Below, piece after piece: positions 62,966-64,000 of a DNA stretch of 64,000 bases. Source of the stretch: Lama glama (Eukaryota); the NCBI GenBank assembly GCA_028534125.1, contig CM052817.1:100876001-100940000 (forward strand), given 5' to 3'. The first letter of the stretch is position 1. Every line of letters begins with the position of its first letter. A model generated the notes under the pieces. That model was not told the DNA's origin, did no database searches, and saw only the letters and a list, made by a program, of their open reading frames with translations. The position numbers and the translations under genes are program-made.

Positions 62966-64000
62966 CTGCAGGGAGAAGGAAAGAGAGAGAGACTGCAAGC
63001 TGAAAAAAAAAGGTTTCCAACTAAGCAGGGTTAGGTTTAAAACAGTCTTTGAGTTAGTACAAAAAATTTCCCCCAAATCCAAAGAATACCGGCTATTGCT
63101 TCCTTCTTTGCCAAAAAAAGTGCATAGAACTTGACTGTCTTCCATCATCGCTGAAGTAGCTTCCAGTGTTTCTTTCCAGCCAACCTACTTTCTAATTTCC
63201 CTTGGGGCAGCAGAATCATAGGAAGACTAATCCTAGGTACAGCCTTGCACAGCATAACGCTATGTGTAAAGACTAATCATGCACAATACCAGAATCGCAC
63301 TGGACCAGAGAGTACCTAAAATGATAAACAATGCAGAAGTTAGCATTAATTCCAAGTACTTCCAAGTCCATCAGAATCTCTTTCAAAACCATCAGCTGCT
63401 GCCAAGGAAACAATCCAGCTAAGGACAACTATTTAGTTTAATAACTAAAGCAAGTGTCCACCTTTCTAATATAAGAAATAACTCTGAGCCTAACAGTCTA
63501 ATAGATAACTTCAGTGCAGTTAAGTGTTTCTAAACTTAAGAGACAGCTAGCAGGAATCCTTATGGCACCAGCCAGCTCAGTTAAGTATACATCATTCAAG
63601 CACCAATGATGCACCTTTTCCTAATGACCCTTCTGAAACTCTAAGAACAGCCTTTGTACTTGGCTACTAAGTTCCATTCTCTTCCTATGTAATAAAAGCA
63701 GTAATAGTTATATATTGGGATCCTTTTGTTACAGTTGAGAAGACTAATGGCATGGCTTTGAACAGGAAAATCCACAGTAAACTGTAGAACTGAAGTCAAA
63801 TGAATTGGCATATATATTCACCCTTTTCTTTTAAGGACAGAGCCATTTAAGATAAAGACACTTTATACACAGCTTTATGTTTAGGGATTTCATTACGGTT
63901 TTTGTCAGAGAAGGTATTGGGGAGATCTCAGACAATAAATATTATTTACTTTTGAAACCTTTGTAGTGTCATGGGTATTTACTACTCACATACATGGGGA

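Overview
Mammalian genomic DNA, most likely camelid, inferred from repeated short tRNA-derived SINEs resembling the camelid Vic-1 family. There are two assembly gaps (8709-8808 and 17003-17502). The only intact protein-coding gene is TIGD4 (55045-56583, minus strand, single-exon CDS), a domesticated pogo/Tigger transposase with an altered catalytic triad. The first ~55 kb look intergenic and are dense in L1, L2, MIR, SINE, MaLR/ERV LTR and hAT/Tigger relics, several with readable target-site duplications (TSDs). The most interesting signal lies upstream of the TIGD4 ATG. Three minus-strand segments with canonical splice sites (62883-62965, 57300-57524, 56719-57128) join in phase into a 238-codon frame with six TGA codons and no TAA/TAG until its end. 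This looks like a fossil, or recoded, unannotated gene inside the TIGD4 5' leader/intron, in the same frame as TIGD4. Secondary oddities are a TSD-bounded L1/non-L1 chimeric insertion, a perfect 111-bp tandem duplication, an LTR with an inverted partial copy, and nested in-register L1 insertions. Repeat family names were assigned by eye and most repeat boundaries are approximate.
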